A DNA stretch of 62,724 bases, the filler included, from Choristocarpus tenellus KU-1152 (Eukaryota > Protista > Phaeophyceae), in the NCBI GenBank assembly GCA_964200185.2. It is 9 parts of 9 records of this genome, joined end to end, with 100 filler letters (N's around TTAATTAATTAA, not from the genome) between each part and the next. Parts side by side here need not be neighbours in the genome. Positions count along the whole stretch, not along the records: positions 13,679 to 19,005 come from CAXNAD020011143.1; positions 19,106 to 21,801 come from CAXNAD020025576.1; positions 21,902 to 27,812 come from CAXNAD020009440.1; 6 more parts are not named here. One strand, 5' to 3'. The notes beneath the pieces are model-generated. The model saw only the letters and a list, made by a program, of their open reading frames with translations. It searched no databases and was not told where the DNA came from. Below, in pieces: positions 14,168 through 27,812 of the stretch (the first letter of the stretch is position 1; each line of letters opens with the position of its first letter). The position numbers and the translations under genes are program-made.

Positions 14168-14278
14168 TTAAGTATGTAATATCTTGATATCACCACGCAC
14201 ATTTTTCCTGTTCCTTCATCCCTTATCCCAATATTATTTCGCCCCCATGTATTTTTCCTGGGCAGTCAGCTCACTTAC

Positions 14279-16474
14279 CCCATCCTGTGATCCTCTAGAG
14301 CAGTTGTTGCCTCATCGAGTCTTTGGAAGAAGGCCTCATCTTCATCCTTGCCTTTGTCATTGGCACTTCTTTCCTTTCCTGAAACTTTGGAAAATTCAAG
14401 GTCTTCATTTCTGGCCTGACTAGGTCCTGGCCGAACACCCTCTGCTGTGGACTGATCTCGATTCTTGAACATTTCATCATTTGCATGTCTTACTGCTTTC
14501 AACTCCAACCCACCTTCTCTCTCCTTGGTGCATACTTTTTCGTCCCTCCAGGGCTTGGAATCCTGCTCTCTGTATGCCTCTGAGTCGCACAAGGGAGTGT
14601 GCTCAGTTCCAATTCTAGCAATGTCTGATGTCCCATACTTCTCAAGTTCACCAGGCCCAACAGAATACTTGATTTGATCATTCATGGTGTTGTTAACCCC
14701 GAGTCTCTTTGATTCTCTGTAACAATAGTTCCCATCTCGATATGCCCTATCTTCTGCTGCTCGAGCTCCACTCATGAGGATCCTTGCAACATCAAGGAGC
14801 CTCTCAGATCTCCTCGACTTTTTTATCACTTGCCTTGTAACTAATTGAAATGCTTTTGAACCTGAAGCGTGAACTGCCTCTACAGCTTCCTTGGCCCTAT
14901 CACCAAGGTCATTGGCCGACTTTTGAATTTTCTGTACCTAGTTTGAAAAAACAGAAGAAAGAGGCCATAGGAGGGCAGTTGAGGGATATGCAAGCAAGGG
15001 GGGACGTTGGGTTTGCTAACCACAATGTTCAATTCGCGAATAGGTTTGCTAAATCAGGCACTGCCCTGTGAATCACAAGTGCGATATTTTCTCCATACAT
15101 TAGAACCAAACCTGGATCAGAATCCTTCTAAGGCGTGTCCATATCCATGACTAAGGTTGACATACCTCCATATTTAGGGCGCCAAACTGACGAGATGATT
15201 GGATGGCCACTGTAGCTATTTTCACCTTCCCGTTACAACTCTTCATTTGCAGGTCGAGCTCTTCAGCCATTGCTGCCCTAGCAGTGCTAAGGTTTGAAAG
15301 AGAATTGAAGTTTGGCTTTCCATGGAGCATCATACTGCTGACCCGTGTCTGAAGCCCTGTCTTGTTAAAGCTAGCTGGATCCTGGATGATCGCCACATCT
15401 GTATGAATTTGTTCTTCTGTTTTCCTGTTGAGTTCTTCAGTGCCCACACTCTTCAAAGCAGTCTCTGTCTGCTTTGCTGTCCCCTTTTCTCCAACAAGAG
15501 AGAGAATGAAGGTGGCATTGTTCTGACTATCCCCAACCCCACTGTCTTTGAGTCTCTCAATGTGCTTAGCCTTGACTTCACTGACCACACTTCTAAACTC
15601 TCGTGCTGCATTAGCACTAGTCAAACGAGCCGCCCCAGCCGCCAAATATGCGACATTCTTGAATCTTTCTTGTGCCCTTAGCCCAATGTTATCGCCTCTA
15701 GGGCTTGTGCTCTCATTTTGTTTTTCTGTCTCTTTCTGAGTTGCCCCTCTCGTGCCACCATGAAGCTTGAAGAGGTGTGAGGGAATTGAAGTAAGTAGTA
15801 CGAATAAAGGGTCAGGGTTAGGGTTAGGGTTAGTTGTGAGAGGGGGAAAAAATGCAAAGGTCAGGAGAATGAACGGATTCAACATTTATGCTTTAAGACT
15901 GACCATAGTTGCAGGCTACTGTGCCCTGGGTGAGGAAAGAGTGACCATCATGGTTCGTCGGGTGGTGATGGAAAAATCGTGTGACACAATGATCTAGGCA
16001 ACATTTTGACACAAAGATGAGTGCTTTCTGGGCTATCTTTGCTATCTTGAGCTATCTCTATCACCCTATGGCACTTAAGGAATGAAAGGTAAGGTGTGCA
16101 GAGACCCCCACAGCTGTAATATCACTAAAACAATATTCTTGGTGTAAGCATTGGTGAATCCTTCTTGACATACCCATTTTCAAACCCCATAAATCTCTTT
16201 TTTCCATTATTTATCTCACCCTGGGTAATGTTTTCAACCTCTGCAATGAGTCACTGATAGCAACTTGTTTCAAATTTATCTCTGACATCGCTTTTAATAT
16301 CCTCCTCTCTCCATTTCTCGCCCTGGCACTAAAGGCAGTAGCCCCATCCCTTAGATTCCTTGCAGAGAGAGATGAGGTAATATTCATTTTTTCAGCCAGA
16401 GCCTCTGCTACTGCACCAGACACTCCTGTTTTGCCAGCTGCAAACCTGGAACCCCTTTGTCCCTTACCTCCTTC
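14279..16474 (-). CDS. Uncharacterised charged/helical protein, internal exons 16474-16220, 15765-15166, 14937-14279
   Basis: Three open exons with AG acceptors and GT donors join in phase 0 (...LPR|LHG...NME|VQKIQK...), about 500 codons with no stop. No recognisable domain. The last boundary may be a GTAAG donor or the in-frame TAA at 14275-14277. Confidence 0.7.
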
Positions 16475-18880
16475 CTGAGTGAGTTCAAGTTTGAATTACA
16501 GGTTCTGTCAGAGTAAGGATCAAGTATAGAGCAAAATGTAGGGTTAGGGATAGTAGTGAGATAGCGTTAGAGTCTATGCAAGTGTTGGTTTTCATCGAGT
16601 ATTGATGGTAGTGTCTACAGTAGGTTTAGGGTTACAGTTAGGCTTTGGGTTAATGATATGAGCAAATCAGATGTACGAAACTAGATTTTGAGCTTAATTT
16701 TCCTCGGGGTTAGGGCACAGCAGCATGTAGTAGTGTGAAATGTGTTGCCCCTATCACAGAAAAATCGATCCCTACTTTGGTGAGGACATGCTCCTTCAGG
16801 AAGATGTGAAAGAACTGTTCAACATAATGTATTCTACAGTGTTGAATGTTTCCTAATGACATTGGGCAAATCAAAGTAGAGCCATTGTCTATGGCCATTT
16901 GCATGCTTTCAAGTCACACAAACTTTGGAGAGTGACGCCTTGTATTCCAGGTGGAAGGATTGGGCCTTTCTAGGTAATCTGTTTTCTAGGATTCCAACCA
17001 TTGCTCCTCCTCACTCAAGCAAGGACCTGTAGAAGCTGTATTTGACAACAAGAAAAAATGAATGGATTCTAGTAGCACCTTCCACCTGCAGAATATCTTT
17101 TTGCGGGTAGCCTCGTCGAAATCTCTTGCCCTCTTTGTAAGGTCCTTCCAGAATTCCTCTCCAAAAAGCGTTCTTCTCATGCGCCGTACCATCGTGTGAG
17201 CGACAGTTACAAATACCATATTTCTGCGAGCATTTGTGGTTCTGTGCGTGAGCAATCGCTGAAGAATCGGGAGGGAAGACCACTGCAATGGTTCTATCAC
17301 AAATCATGGGACTAATCTGCCATTGTGTCTGTGACAAAGCTTAGGAATCATGGGTCACAGTTGAGAATGGTGGAGAGGACAAATCTCCATTGTTCAGGTG
17401 CTATACCTGAGGAGTCTTATAATCCAGCAAGATTCAAGTTTGATAGTGGTAGATCTAGAAATGATCTTTTTCCATGGGCAAAAGTAATAAAACCTCACAT
17501 ATCACTGAAGTCCTTGAACTGTTGGAACTTGATCCCTGTAGCACCATCCTCGTCAAGCAACTCCATTATTGCCAGACCTCGTCGCTGGACTCTTGTGCGT
17601 GATAATCTTGGATATCTGATTTTGGAACGTTGTCATGAGAGAAGGAGAGATGTGCTATGATAGTGACAATTGTTTGGAATGAAAATTGGCCAATGCTGCT
17701 GACTAGTCAGCAGGTTTAGATCCAATTGGAATGCTGAAAGTAATGATCAAACTCTACTATGACAAGAGTCTCTTGTTCTGAAGTGTTTGATCATCAATCT
17801 TGTGAGTTCATTGCATTTGTATGATTATATTTGGCACTTATGTGCAAAATATCCATATACACCATTATCAGATCTCATATATTGCACAAAGCCAGCAGGG
17901 CTGAATTTGGCATGAAACCTCCCCTATTCAGACAGTTGTAATTTCAATAGGTAGGGATATTGGTAGTTTGTTTGACAAGCCAAGCCCCTCCCTGTCATCA
18001 ATTCATCACATACATGTTGCACTTGCCTCTCTTGGACGAAGGTACTCATGTCTTGCTCGTCAAGAATGACCGCAGGTGTGTATGTGCAACCTCTGCGACT
18101 GATGATACGAAATGCCACCTCAAGGGCGTTGAAATGGTCGTATAACAGGAGGCGTATCACGCCGAGAAAGAAAGTAAGAAAATCCACTGAGCCTGTGTAA
18201 AGTATCCATGTCAGTGTTCTAAAGAATATCAGGGAACACAAGAAAACCAAAACCTCAGGACTTATAGCTTTCTTGGGACAGCAATTGTTGCCAATGAATC
18301 ATTGAGGGTTGTTTGTACCTTTCCAGAATAATTTTAGTGCCAAAAAATGGAAACTAGGACATTGAGTTTCATCCCACAAGTGTGTGGCGTGAAATTGCGA
18401 TGATATAGATTCTACTCGCACATTGAAGCACTTCAAGTCATCCATCACCACGTCACTTGCTCTGTGTTCTTAGATTATATCTTGAGTTCATTTCAGTGCA
18501 ATGAAGAGATTGTACTTTGCTGCTTCTGTTTGAAACCATAGGAAGCCTTAAATCGAGTTTCTATTTTTGCTATGGTATCATCCATTGAAAGTTTTAAGTG
18601 TGGAAGTGAGGGATCTGGTAGAAACATAATTTTTTGATCAACATTTAGTCACAGAAGGGTCTATCGTGTATCTGATCTCGAAAAGGGGTTTTAGATCTAG
18701 CCCCTTCTTTATCTCCATGTATTACATGGTTCTCTGCTTATCAACCTCGTAACAGTCTATTCCACACTCCACATTGTGTTTCTAAGTATTTGCAACAAAC
18801 TTTCTCCCTTAGTCTCTCTAACACTCTGTATCTGCTAATAGGTGACACATCGCAGATTTCATAACGACAATCAGAGTAAA

Positions 18881-19005
18881 GGGCAAAAGTATCTGGGGGG
18901 GGGGAGGGGGTCTACGCCAGGGTGTCCATTTGACCCCAAATCAGGAAAAGTGCGTATACATTATCCATCGGACGTATGCAGCCAAATCACCCAAAAATCG
19001 CGACA
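18881..19005 (+). mobile_element. MITE family A, truncated by gap
   Basis: GGGCAAAAGTATCTGGGGGGG...CCAGGGTGTCCATTTGACCCC...AAAAATCGCGACA. Confidence 0.8.
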
Positions 19006-21705
19006 NNNNNNNNNNNNNNNNNNNNNNNNNNNNNNNNNNNNNNNNNNNNTTAATTAATTAANNNNNNNNNNNNNNNNNNNNNNNNNNNNNNNNNNNNNNN
19101 NNNNNCCCCCCACACACACACACACCTTGATTTGTCCTATGGGAGGATATCATTGTAGCTTTTATACACATAGTGACCATTGGTATTGTAGATCACATGC
19201 AAATTCACATACCGTCACTAGTGTTGGAAATTGTGTTTAAAATGTCTGCTCAGCTTCGCAATAAATAATGTTTGGAGCCTGTTCCACCATAACTAGCACA
19301 ACAGCAGACACCATCCCTTGCTGTTTGCTCCATGTGCATATCCATGGTGAATTGCCCCGTTGCTGACCTTTACCACCTTCAGTGCAACTCAATTCCACAA
19401 TAGATCAACCAGGCTTACTATAATGTGCATAATAGTCATACTGCACATTGGATGCTGAATGACAACCATATTCTAAGAGCTTGTTCCACTGTATATATAT
19501 AGAGAGATCCTACAAGACATGAGTGCATCGCGAACCTTTGATAGGTCTTGTCCATAGCCTGGCAGAGAGTCGTCATGACGAGGGGATGGGAGGGCAAGCA
19601 CTTCTTCCTACCTTGAAGTGTTATACTACTACCTACATACGTATATCTTATTGCATGGACCTCCTCTGAGCGAGTTGTGGCATTAAGTTAAAGGTCTACA
19701 GCTACTGAATGAGGCACCTGCATAGCCATCATCGGAAAAACCCAACCGTCAACAAAAGCACATTGTGGATGATGTGCGATGGTACCCTTGTCAAGGGATT
19801 GTTGGAGTCAATCGATTTCATTGCGAGTTATTATCCTTTGCTGAGGTAGTACTTCTTAGCCCCTCGGCGAATAATGTAACCACTGTAGAAGGATAGTACC
19901 CAAGAAAATGGTGTCCTCAAACGAATAGTAGTGTCCTCCTCACAGGGTTTGTCCTCGATCTCCTGCGAGCTGAGATAGTGACAACAACACCACATGATAT
20001 TGAGTGCTAGCATCCGCAATAAACGAGACGATTCATGTTGAATGAATGTACGTAACATTAACGAAAAGATAAAAAAATGTTTGTCCAATATATTTACTTC
20101 GAAGTTGTATTCGATCGTATCCCCCCAACCCCATATCGCTAACTGTAGAAATAATAGCAGGAGGGATGTCGGTGTATGCACTCAATATTTCTCCCCCGTA
20201 CAAGTACCTATGGAACGTATACAAGCAGTAGCGAACTCTCCACGTTTCACTCTCTCGACCATGTTGGTAGGTATACAATGTATGGTGTATCAGAATACCT
20301 TACATACTCTGGACTAGAAGAACAAATTATTAATACTGTAGTTTCTTGGATGCTCCGAACTACTCTGGAGTACTTCATACTACTAAGATAGCACCTTTTA
20401 GTCAAGGGAGGCATTGAAGTGTTCGTTCTTCATACCCCATGCAAAGCTAACGCAAAGTACATCTCCACCTAGAATGAATAAATACACGGGAAACAAATTC
20501 ACCTAGCAATAAAATACTAGTAGGAACTATTGCTAATGCCCTGCAGATTCTATCTGGATAAAAATAACCTCCCATGCGAACTACCCCATCCACTACATTC
20601 TTGAAGATAGTCCAAGCCGTTACCAGAAGGGAGGATTTGTGGGTGTAGTTCTGTTTGTCGTAATACCCCACCCCCCCACACACACATCCTAGTTGAAACC
20701 TACCTACCTCTTTGCAATCCAGTAGTTTTGGTAAACATTGGGATCATTGAACCAGCATCAAAATAGTTCTTTGTGTCTGGCATGCCCCTGGCACGTGGTC
20801 CGTTCAATAACACAGTAAGGAGAGATAACACTCTTTTACTGCAAGATTGGTTTGTTTCCTGTGTCAAGCATGTGTTCTCACTGATCTTTACACTTTTCAC
20901 CATACGCTCTAATGATGTACTGCAGAGGACTTGCTTACATTCAACACAGATATCAGCTACCAATCTATTGGTACCTACCAGACTACTAACATCACTAAAG
21001 GTTTTGGAGTCCCTCTTCAAATGCACGTGGATATAGATTGTGCAAAAAACGCGTAGATGATGCTACGGTTCACATGATGTGTAGAGTTCTACAACAAGAC
21101 AATCAATGTGAGTATGAACTATTGATTAAGAAGTACTCTCTAATGACTGGGACACGGAACCTAATAGATTGGGGGTTTTGGAACCGATCTTCCCCCATCC
21201 TCCTCTCATATTGCATCATAAGAATGGGGGTTCTGCAGCACTCTGTAGCGCTACAAAGCATAAAATAGTGCTGCAGAGCATAGTAGACTTCCGTAGGGTA
21301 CTTGATACTACTATACCTGGTTTTGAAACATTCTTGAAGGCAATCTTCCGCCGCAGGGCACAGTACAGTATGTTTGCAAGCCTTTCAGAGCACTAGATGG
21401 TCTGTGAAGGCAAGAAACAAGATATAATGTAGATATATGAAAGTCTGAAGGGGTGGACTCCTATTCCCAACGTAGAACTATGCAGACAGTACGTTGAGAG
21501 AAGGATACAAAGTGGAGCAAGATGTAGATTTCGTCACCCCCGCAATGTGTTGCCTTATTGTCGCTCTTCACAATGCCCGACAGTGACACCTGTGGACATG
21601 TTAGGATGGAATTTCTGACAGCAAAGATAACTGTTTTATGGTATTTTCCCTCCTCTACATGCTTTTAACCCCAGATTACGGTGTAGATAATATATTTTTG
21701 AACAA

Positions 21706-22130
21706 GACCCAAAGTATCTGGGGGAGGGGGGGGGGGTCTACACCAGGGTGTCCATTTTGGGCGATGACCAGGAAAAATACACTTACATTATCCATCCGAA
21801 ANNNNNNNNNNNNNNNNNNNNNNNNNNNNNNNNNNNNNNNNNNNNTTAATTAATTAANNNNNNNNNNNNNNNNNNNNNNNNNNNNNNNNNNNNNNNNNNN
21901 NCTGCCAAACAAAAAAACACCATATGATTGGTCCTCCGTCCCCTGTCTACCAACACGGGGTGGGGGGGGGGGGGGGGGGGGGTCTACACCAGGGTATCCA
22001 TTTGGTCCATAACCAGGGAAAGTATACTTACATTGTCCATCCGACGTGTGCAACCAAATATAAAAAAATCGCGACATAAGAATTATCCCCAAATGGATAG
22101 CCGCCACCCCCCCCTCAGATATTTTGAGTC
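21706..22130 (+). mobile_element. MITE family A fragments on both sides of a gap (21706-21801 and ~21958-22130)
   Basis: The left piece carries GACCCAAAGTATCTGGGG; the right piece ends CCCCTCAGATATTTTGAGTC. Confidence 0.75.
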
Positions 22131-22442
22131 TGATTACCGGTTTATCTTGACAGCACATTATGATTCACACATAAATGCACAAGGAAGTTTACATCGCATA
22201 AATTTTGCCGTACGTAGTGAGGGGTTGAGGGATGATTATTCCAGACCTTCAATCAAGCTATTCTTGATGTTTAAGTATAAACACTCTCTTGTGTATGGGT
22301 TTATCACGCACCTGATGTCCATACCGTTCGATCCTTGAGAGTATCCCATTCGCCTGAGTATTTGGTGAGTAGCGGAATACAAATCATATCCTGCAGTGTA
22401 AGTGGCTTCGTCTGGGGTTGGAGCACGAATATAATTTATCAC
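22131..22442 (-). pseudogene. Decayed dUTPase-like fragment, interrupted by a MITE
   Basis: APTPDEATYTAGYDLYSA (motif I, AGYDL), then after a frameshift SGIIIPQPLTTYGKIYA* (resembles the lead-in to motif II, GTYGRIAPRS). Motifs III-V are not seen. Confidence 0.5.
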
Positions 22443-24239
22443 AAAAATAGGACTATTTTTAATATGTGTCTAACCATGCATCCGACACTTTGACTTTTGT
22501 ACATCACCCCCCATCTTGAATGCTGTAGATGTGATAAAGGGATATTGCAACCACCCCTCTCCCTCTCCTTGCTGTCAGATGTCCTCCCTCTCCTTTCCCA
22601 CACATCTGAACGCCTAAATTTATATTTAGTTGGGTCAGTACTAGCATAAAAGATTGGACCAATCTACAAGCAGAACCGTCAAGATCAACAAGATGATCCC
22701 TCCTCTCTACTCTTTAGGGTGTCTTTGAGTGACTCCTCAATACTCGAGGGCGGTCAGCCCCTGAATCACCGACTGTTGGGGCGGCATGCTACAGACAACG
22801 AACGTCATGATAGGTACATATTTCGTACCTTCGGTATTAGTGTAGTCTGTGTAATGCGGTGCCTTGTGAGGATAGCCGAGGGTGCTTGCTAGTCCTTCTA
22901 GCTGGGTTCTGGCGATGTCTGGTCGCGAGGAGGTGATAGATGCGGCAACACACACAACACATATAGGAAAAATGTTAGCGGTAGAAGAGTTGTCATGAAC
23001 ACGGGACAGCAGCAAGAGTCGCAACCTTTGAGTTTGCCGCACTAAGTGACATAGTGAGGTCGAAAACAATAGGATAGACGATCAAGCGCCAACTAAACAG
23101 TACTGTAGGGATCACTTGCCTAACGCGGCATCGATGTCTCCTTCACGAAGGCTGTTGACAGTAAACAATCTTAAACTCGTAACAAGAAGGAGTATGACCC
23201 TCTTCAAGTCCATTCTCAAATAATCTTCGCGTAGGGGATTGGAAGTAGGGTGGGGTGAGATTCTCGTCTGCAGAGGATGGGATAGAACGTCCACTAGTGT
23301 GGGATTGTTGGTGCTGAATGAAGTGAGGAGTTGTACTACTTCGCCTATGCTGCTACTACTACTAGTACTTGTATTATTGCTTGTTCTCTTTAACTTACAG
23401 TAAACGACGAAGCAAAACAGAGAGGGGTATGAATACTAGAACATTTATATTTTTCGCATTCAAGAATTTGTAGTATGATAGAGATAGTATGTACTATATA
23501 TATTTAGCATATTCAATTGTTATGTTTTTGACATTTTCTAGATGGTTGGGGGAAAAGTAGTGACTAATAAACCAAATATTGAACAATATATGTACACTGT
23601 AAAAATAACAGTTGCCATAAATGTGATGGGTATTTGAACTATGGTGGTACAAAGAACATTTATTCTCATTCCTACTGTTATGTTAGTGGAATCTACGATT
23701 TGTCTTGAAGATCATCTCACTACTGATGTATCGACTAAATCGACTTCCTTATATTTATCCCCTCTAACATTTTCCAGATGAGTCAGAGGAAAAACCAATG
23801 AAAACTGTTGACATGTGTCAGTAAGATCCCTAAAGAGGTAGTAGTTGTCATAAATGTCAAAAACATTAATCAAAGTACTATTTTGGTATACCACCTATGC
23901 TATACCACTTTGTTCCTCTGCCTTTAACCTAGTTTACTCTTGCACCTTAGCGTGAGGACCTAGCTAGGCCACTTCCTTATATTAATGCAAATATACAAAT
24001 TACTATAGATGTGTGAGAGCGCATAATAATAATAATTTTATATATTTATATATATATATATATTTAGGATTAAATTTTATATAATCTAGCATGAATGTCA
24101 AGGAAAAATCAAGGATCGATCCACACATACGTGTATGATAATCCTATGTTTTGATTACCAATAATAATTGGATATACATTAAGAGTATTTTTGTTTCTTG
24201 TTTGGGGTTCAATTGATTATTTTGATGTATGTTGTGAGG

Positions 24240-24900
24240 ATTCATAGTCTGTTCCAATCAATGACGAAACGGTTCGTAAACACGAGTTGTGTTAGGTCTT
24301 TCCTTACCGAAAGGAGTCACAATCATTAAATCTTGGAATGAACCCTGACATGAACCTTACGTGGTGGATGGTATCATATCACTTTGACGGTCAGCGGCAA
24401 GTGATCTCTGAATTCTCAAAACTTCTTTGGGTTAGGTTAGGGTTGGACTTCTCTGTGTTTGATGTCGAGGACCTGTTCGTCACACATATTTCTGTAGATG
24501 ATAGATCATACGGTAGTGACTATGGTAGTAGTGGAAGGGACGGATTTAATGGTAGGATATATTTTGAAAATATTTGTTATGTCCACTCATATTTTGGAGA
24601 TGAATGAGGGGAGAAGAAAGACCTAACTATAAATTTAATGCGTTCCAATTTTACTTGACTTTAGTGAGTTGGTAATGTTTCTGGAGTGAACCCTGATTGG
24701 TATCGTAGGAACCATGCAAAATTGGAAATAGGTTTTGATTGAGTCGGTAGAAATGTATGACTTTACATAAATTACTTTCCTGATTTTTGTTATTTTTTTA
24801 TCATTGAAATGGGGTTGAGATTCGGTTGTCCTTGATCGTGTGGAGTTTACTAGTTGGTCATGATTGCTCTCTCTAATATCCTATCTCGACTTTGTAGATG
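24240..24900 (-). mobile_element. Highly decayed CR1/L2-type LINE ORF2 C-terminal relic
   Basis: The minus strand encodes CKVIHFYRLNQN (resembles the post-RT KCKVMHF motif) and DLTQLVFTNRFVIDWNRL (resembles the FxNRVVxxWNxL terminus). Confidence 0.5.
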
Positions 24901-26985
24901 TGTATTCTACGTCATAATAAAAAATTTTCACCCAACAATTTCGTTCTGTTGTTCTCTGTTGTTTATCATAGTCACTTCCTGAGTGAATCGAGTACGCGGT
25001 TAAGTTAGAGGAACGGTTTGGCAGAAGGGACAAAGAACAGTATAAAGGATAGAGAAGGTTCCATACTCGACTTACAGGTGTTTAGTGGGTACTTTCAAAA
25101 TGGGGGATGGCAATAACCTCAGTACTGCACATGACCTGCGTATCATCTGGTTAGAATTAAAGCCTAATAAACATATGCCCGCGATCATGTGCTGGTCGTG
25201 TTTTACACCCTCCACCAGGTAAGGATGTTTCTAGTAGTAGCTGGACCTATATACGCGCGAAAGACGTATCTGTGGGGATTATGTTCTACGTACTAAGTCA
25301 AAGTAAACGGATGTGCCCAGAGTTGTATTTTAAGGATGCTGACAAGTAAGTGCAAAGTCCTCTTCTTTTACAAATGCATACAGGATATTTTCTGAATTGT
25401 GTCGAAATTTTTCTAACAAAAGAGATATCAACGTTCTCAAGTCAAACTTAGCACTTCATCCATAGAAATATGGGTGAATTATTACGAAAGATTAAATAAT
25501 GAATTAAAACATAAAACGACCAAAAGCTGGGTGCCTCTCGTTTACTTTGGCTATTATAGCAGACTGGATATGATAGTGCAGTATAGCAGCAGTGATGATG
25601 CATTGTTGTGTATGCCTAGATAGAGATAGTGGGTTTAGAAAAAAGACTGTATGCCTACCTGTACAAGGAGCACTAAACGAATACTTGTAACTTTGGAAGG
25701 TTAACCTAGAGATGTGTAGGGTTGTAGATATGGATATGTGTACTTGCTTGTACTTGTTGTATGGTATCTATCCCTCGTGATACTCGCTTTTTTGGACATT
25801 GATATGCACCTATGATAATGGAACCTTCAACCGCAAGTAATTGGACATGAGCCTTCTAACTTGCTCAACTTGATGCTCTGGTGGTATAATGGTTTCTCAA
25901 TCCTTGGCGTTCTTGTTGTGGATGGGCAATTGAGCATTTGTTCAAAGGGAGCATTTTTTACCCTTCATTCCTCAATTCCGTCACCCTCACGTGGTTCACG
26001 TGGTTCAGACTTTATTAATTGACTAATATAGAAACATCATAAACAAGGAAACAGTTGTATACCATCAATCAGAATGCTCCGCCACAAGTAATTACCTATC
26101 ATTGTCCCTCTGTGTCTCTTTGTCTAAATGTGAGAGAAAAAGTAGAGGACATATGGAGACCTCATATACTATTACTTTTGACCTGTGTAGCTTTATGTAG
26201 ATATTCATGCGCCTAGAGCTGAGGATGTTAATGCATATTGCTCAACGCATGCAGAGGTCAAACAATGTAGTATGTCATGAGTATGATGAGTACCACTGAC
26301 AATGGACATGGAAGTACACTGTACAACCGTATATTGCAGACCAAATTCTATACATTCTAATATTTGAACAAATTGTGTTATTCATTAATTATGTGCTGCT
26401 GGTGGAATAGTGTTGCCATGCAAATGTTGTAGTGTTGTGGGATAGTACATCAGGGGTGCAAGTGAAGAAAGATATGTTCAAGGAGACATTTGAATACTCG
26501 GCAATATGCCAAATAGGTACATGCAATATGTGAAGACACTGCCTTCAAGGTTGGAGCTTTGAGGAAGACATGCACGGTGATATTCAGATATGTGTAGACA
26601 CGGCCAAGGTAAAGAGCTGATGATACTTATGTACATTGCTCCATGCTTGCTGCAGTCAACTAATGTAGACTGTGGGGGCGTGAACACCACTGAAACAGGA
26701 ATGTGAAACTGCTGTATGTTGGCGACCAAATAAAATAAAATGAGTAGCACTAGCACATTATGACACTCATTGATGTGACAGTGCCTAAAAAAGTAGTGCC
26801 GGGAAAATCCTGTAGTCCAGAAGGGATAAAACACCATAGATCCAGTCACAAATCCATATTACTAGTTGTACACTCCTCTGTAAACTCACCCCTTCTTGTC
26901 TGCTGTCACACGTCAGGTGTTCCCCTCATCCAACGTCTCATTTACTGTGCTCCCTTCTCCTCGTTCATCATTTGGGCATGTCTAA

Positions 26986-27242
26986 GAGTGAAAGTATCTT
27001 AGAGGGTACGAGGTTTTCCCTGTTTGTCCATTTGGGGCTTGGCTTCCCACGGGTTTTAATGACATTTTGCCTACTCCAAAATGTTTCGGAGTAGGCAAAA
27101 TGTATACGTTATGAAAAGGTGTGTCCGGAACAAGGATATTGACATCTCGTAACAAACACTATAGCCAAAATTAAATCAAAATTGACCATTGGATTTTGGC
27201 ACCCAAATGGACACCGCTCTACCCTCTAAGATACTTTGACTC
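26986..27242 (+). mobile_element. MITE family B, full copy, TAA target-site duplication
   Basis: taa|GAGTGAAAGTATCTTAGAGGGTA ... TACCCTCTAAGATACTTTGACTC|taa; about 23-bp TIR and subterminal GTCCATTTGG/CCAAATGGAC. Confidence 0.9.
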
Positions 27243-27747
27243 TAATATATTGTCAACAATCAGAGCTTCTAAAAACAACCCACACAAGCATTACCACTCA
27301 ATGTCGTATCTATTTCCCACACTTGTCTCTCTACATAACAACTATCCTTGACAGTTCTCGTCAGGTCCTGCTATACTATTCTTCATACATTTACACTTTA
27401 GCCAATGGGTCGATAACAAGAGAGTGTAGAGGTAGTACTCCTCCATCAACGTGCTTACCGGCTTCCAGAACAACATTTCAGTCACATGTCTTGTTGTTTT
27501 TGACACAAGCACACACCCTGAAACAATTCAAAGTTACACAAATTCAGTAGAAATGTACATTGGTCGACAAAAACATGGTTCAACATCAAGGTCTTGTTAT
27601 ACGCTGTAACTCCCATTACTCCATAGTTTTGTTGCTAAAATCCCTCTACACTCGATGCACTCTGTCCCCAGCATCGAAATTCCATTGCCAACCCTAGAGA
27701 CAAGTGTCTTCACATATTGCTGATACTTTGACATACTGTGCAGTATT

Positions 27748-27812
27748 GAACCAAAGTATCTTAGAGGGTAGGGCCTCGTCCATTTGGGGTCAAAATCCAA
27801 TGTTGCGATTTT
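27748..27812 (-). mobile_element. MITE family B, end fragment truncated by assembly gap
   Basis: GAACCAAAGTATCTTAGAGGGTAGGGCCTCGTCCATTTGGGG is the reverse complement of the family B right end. Confidence 0.75.
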
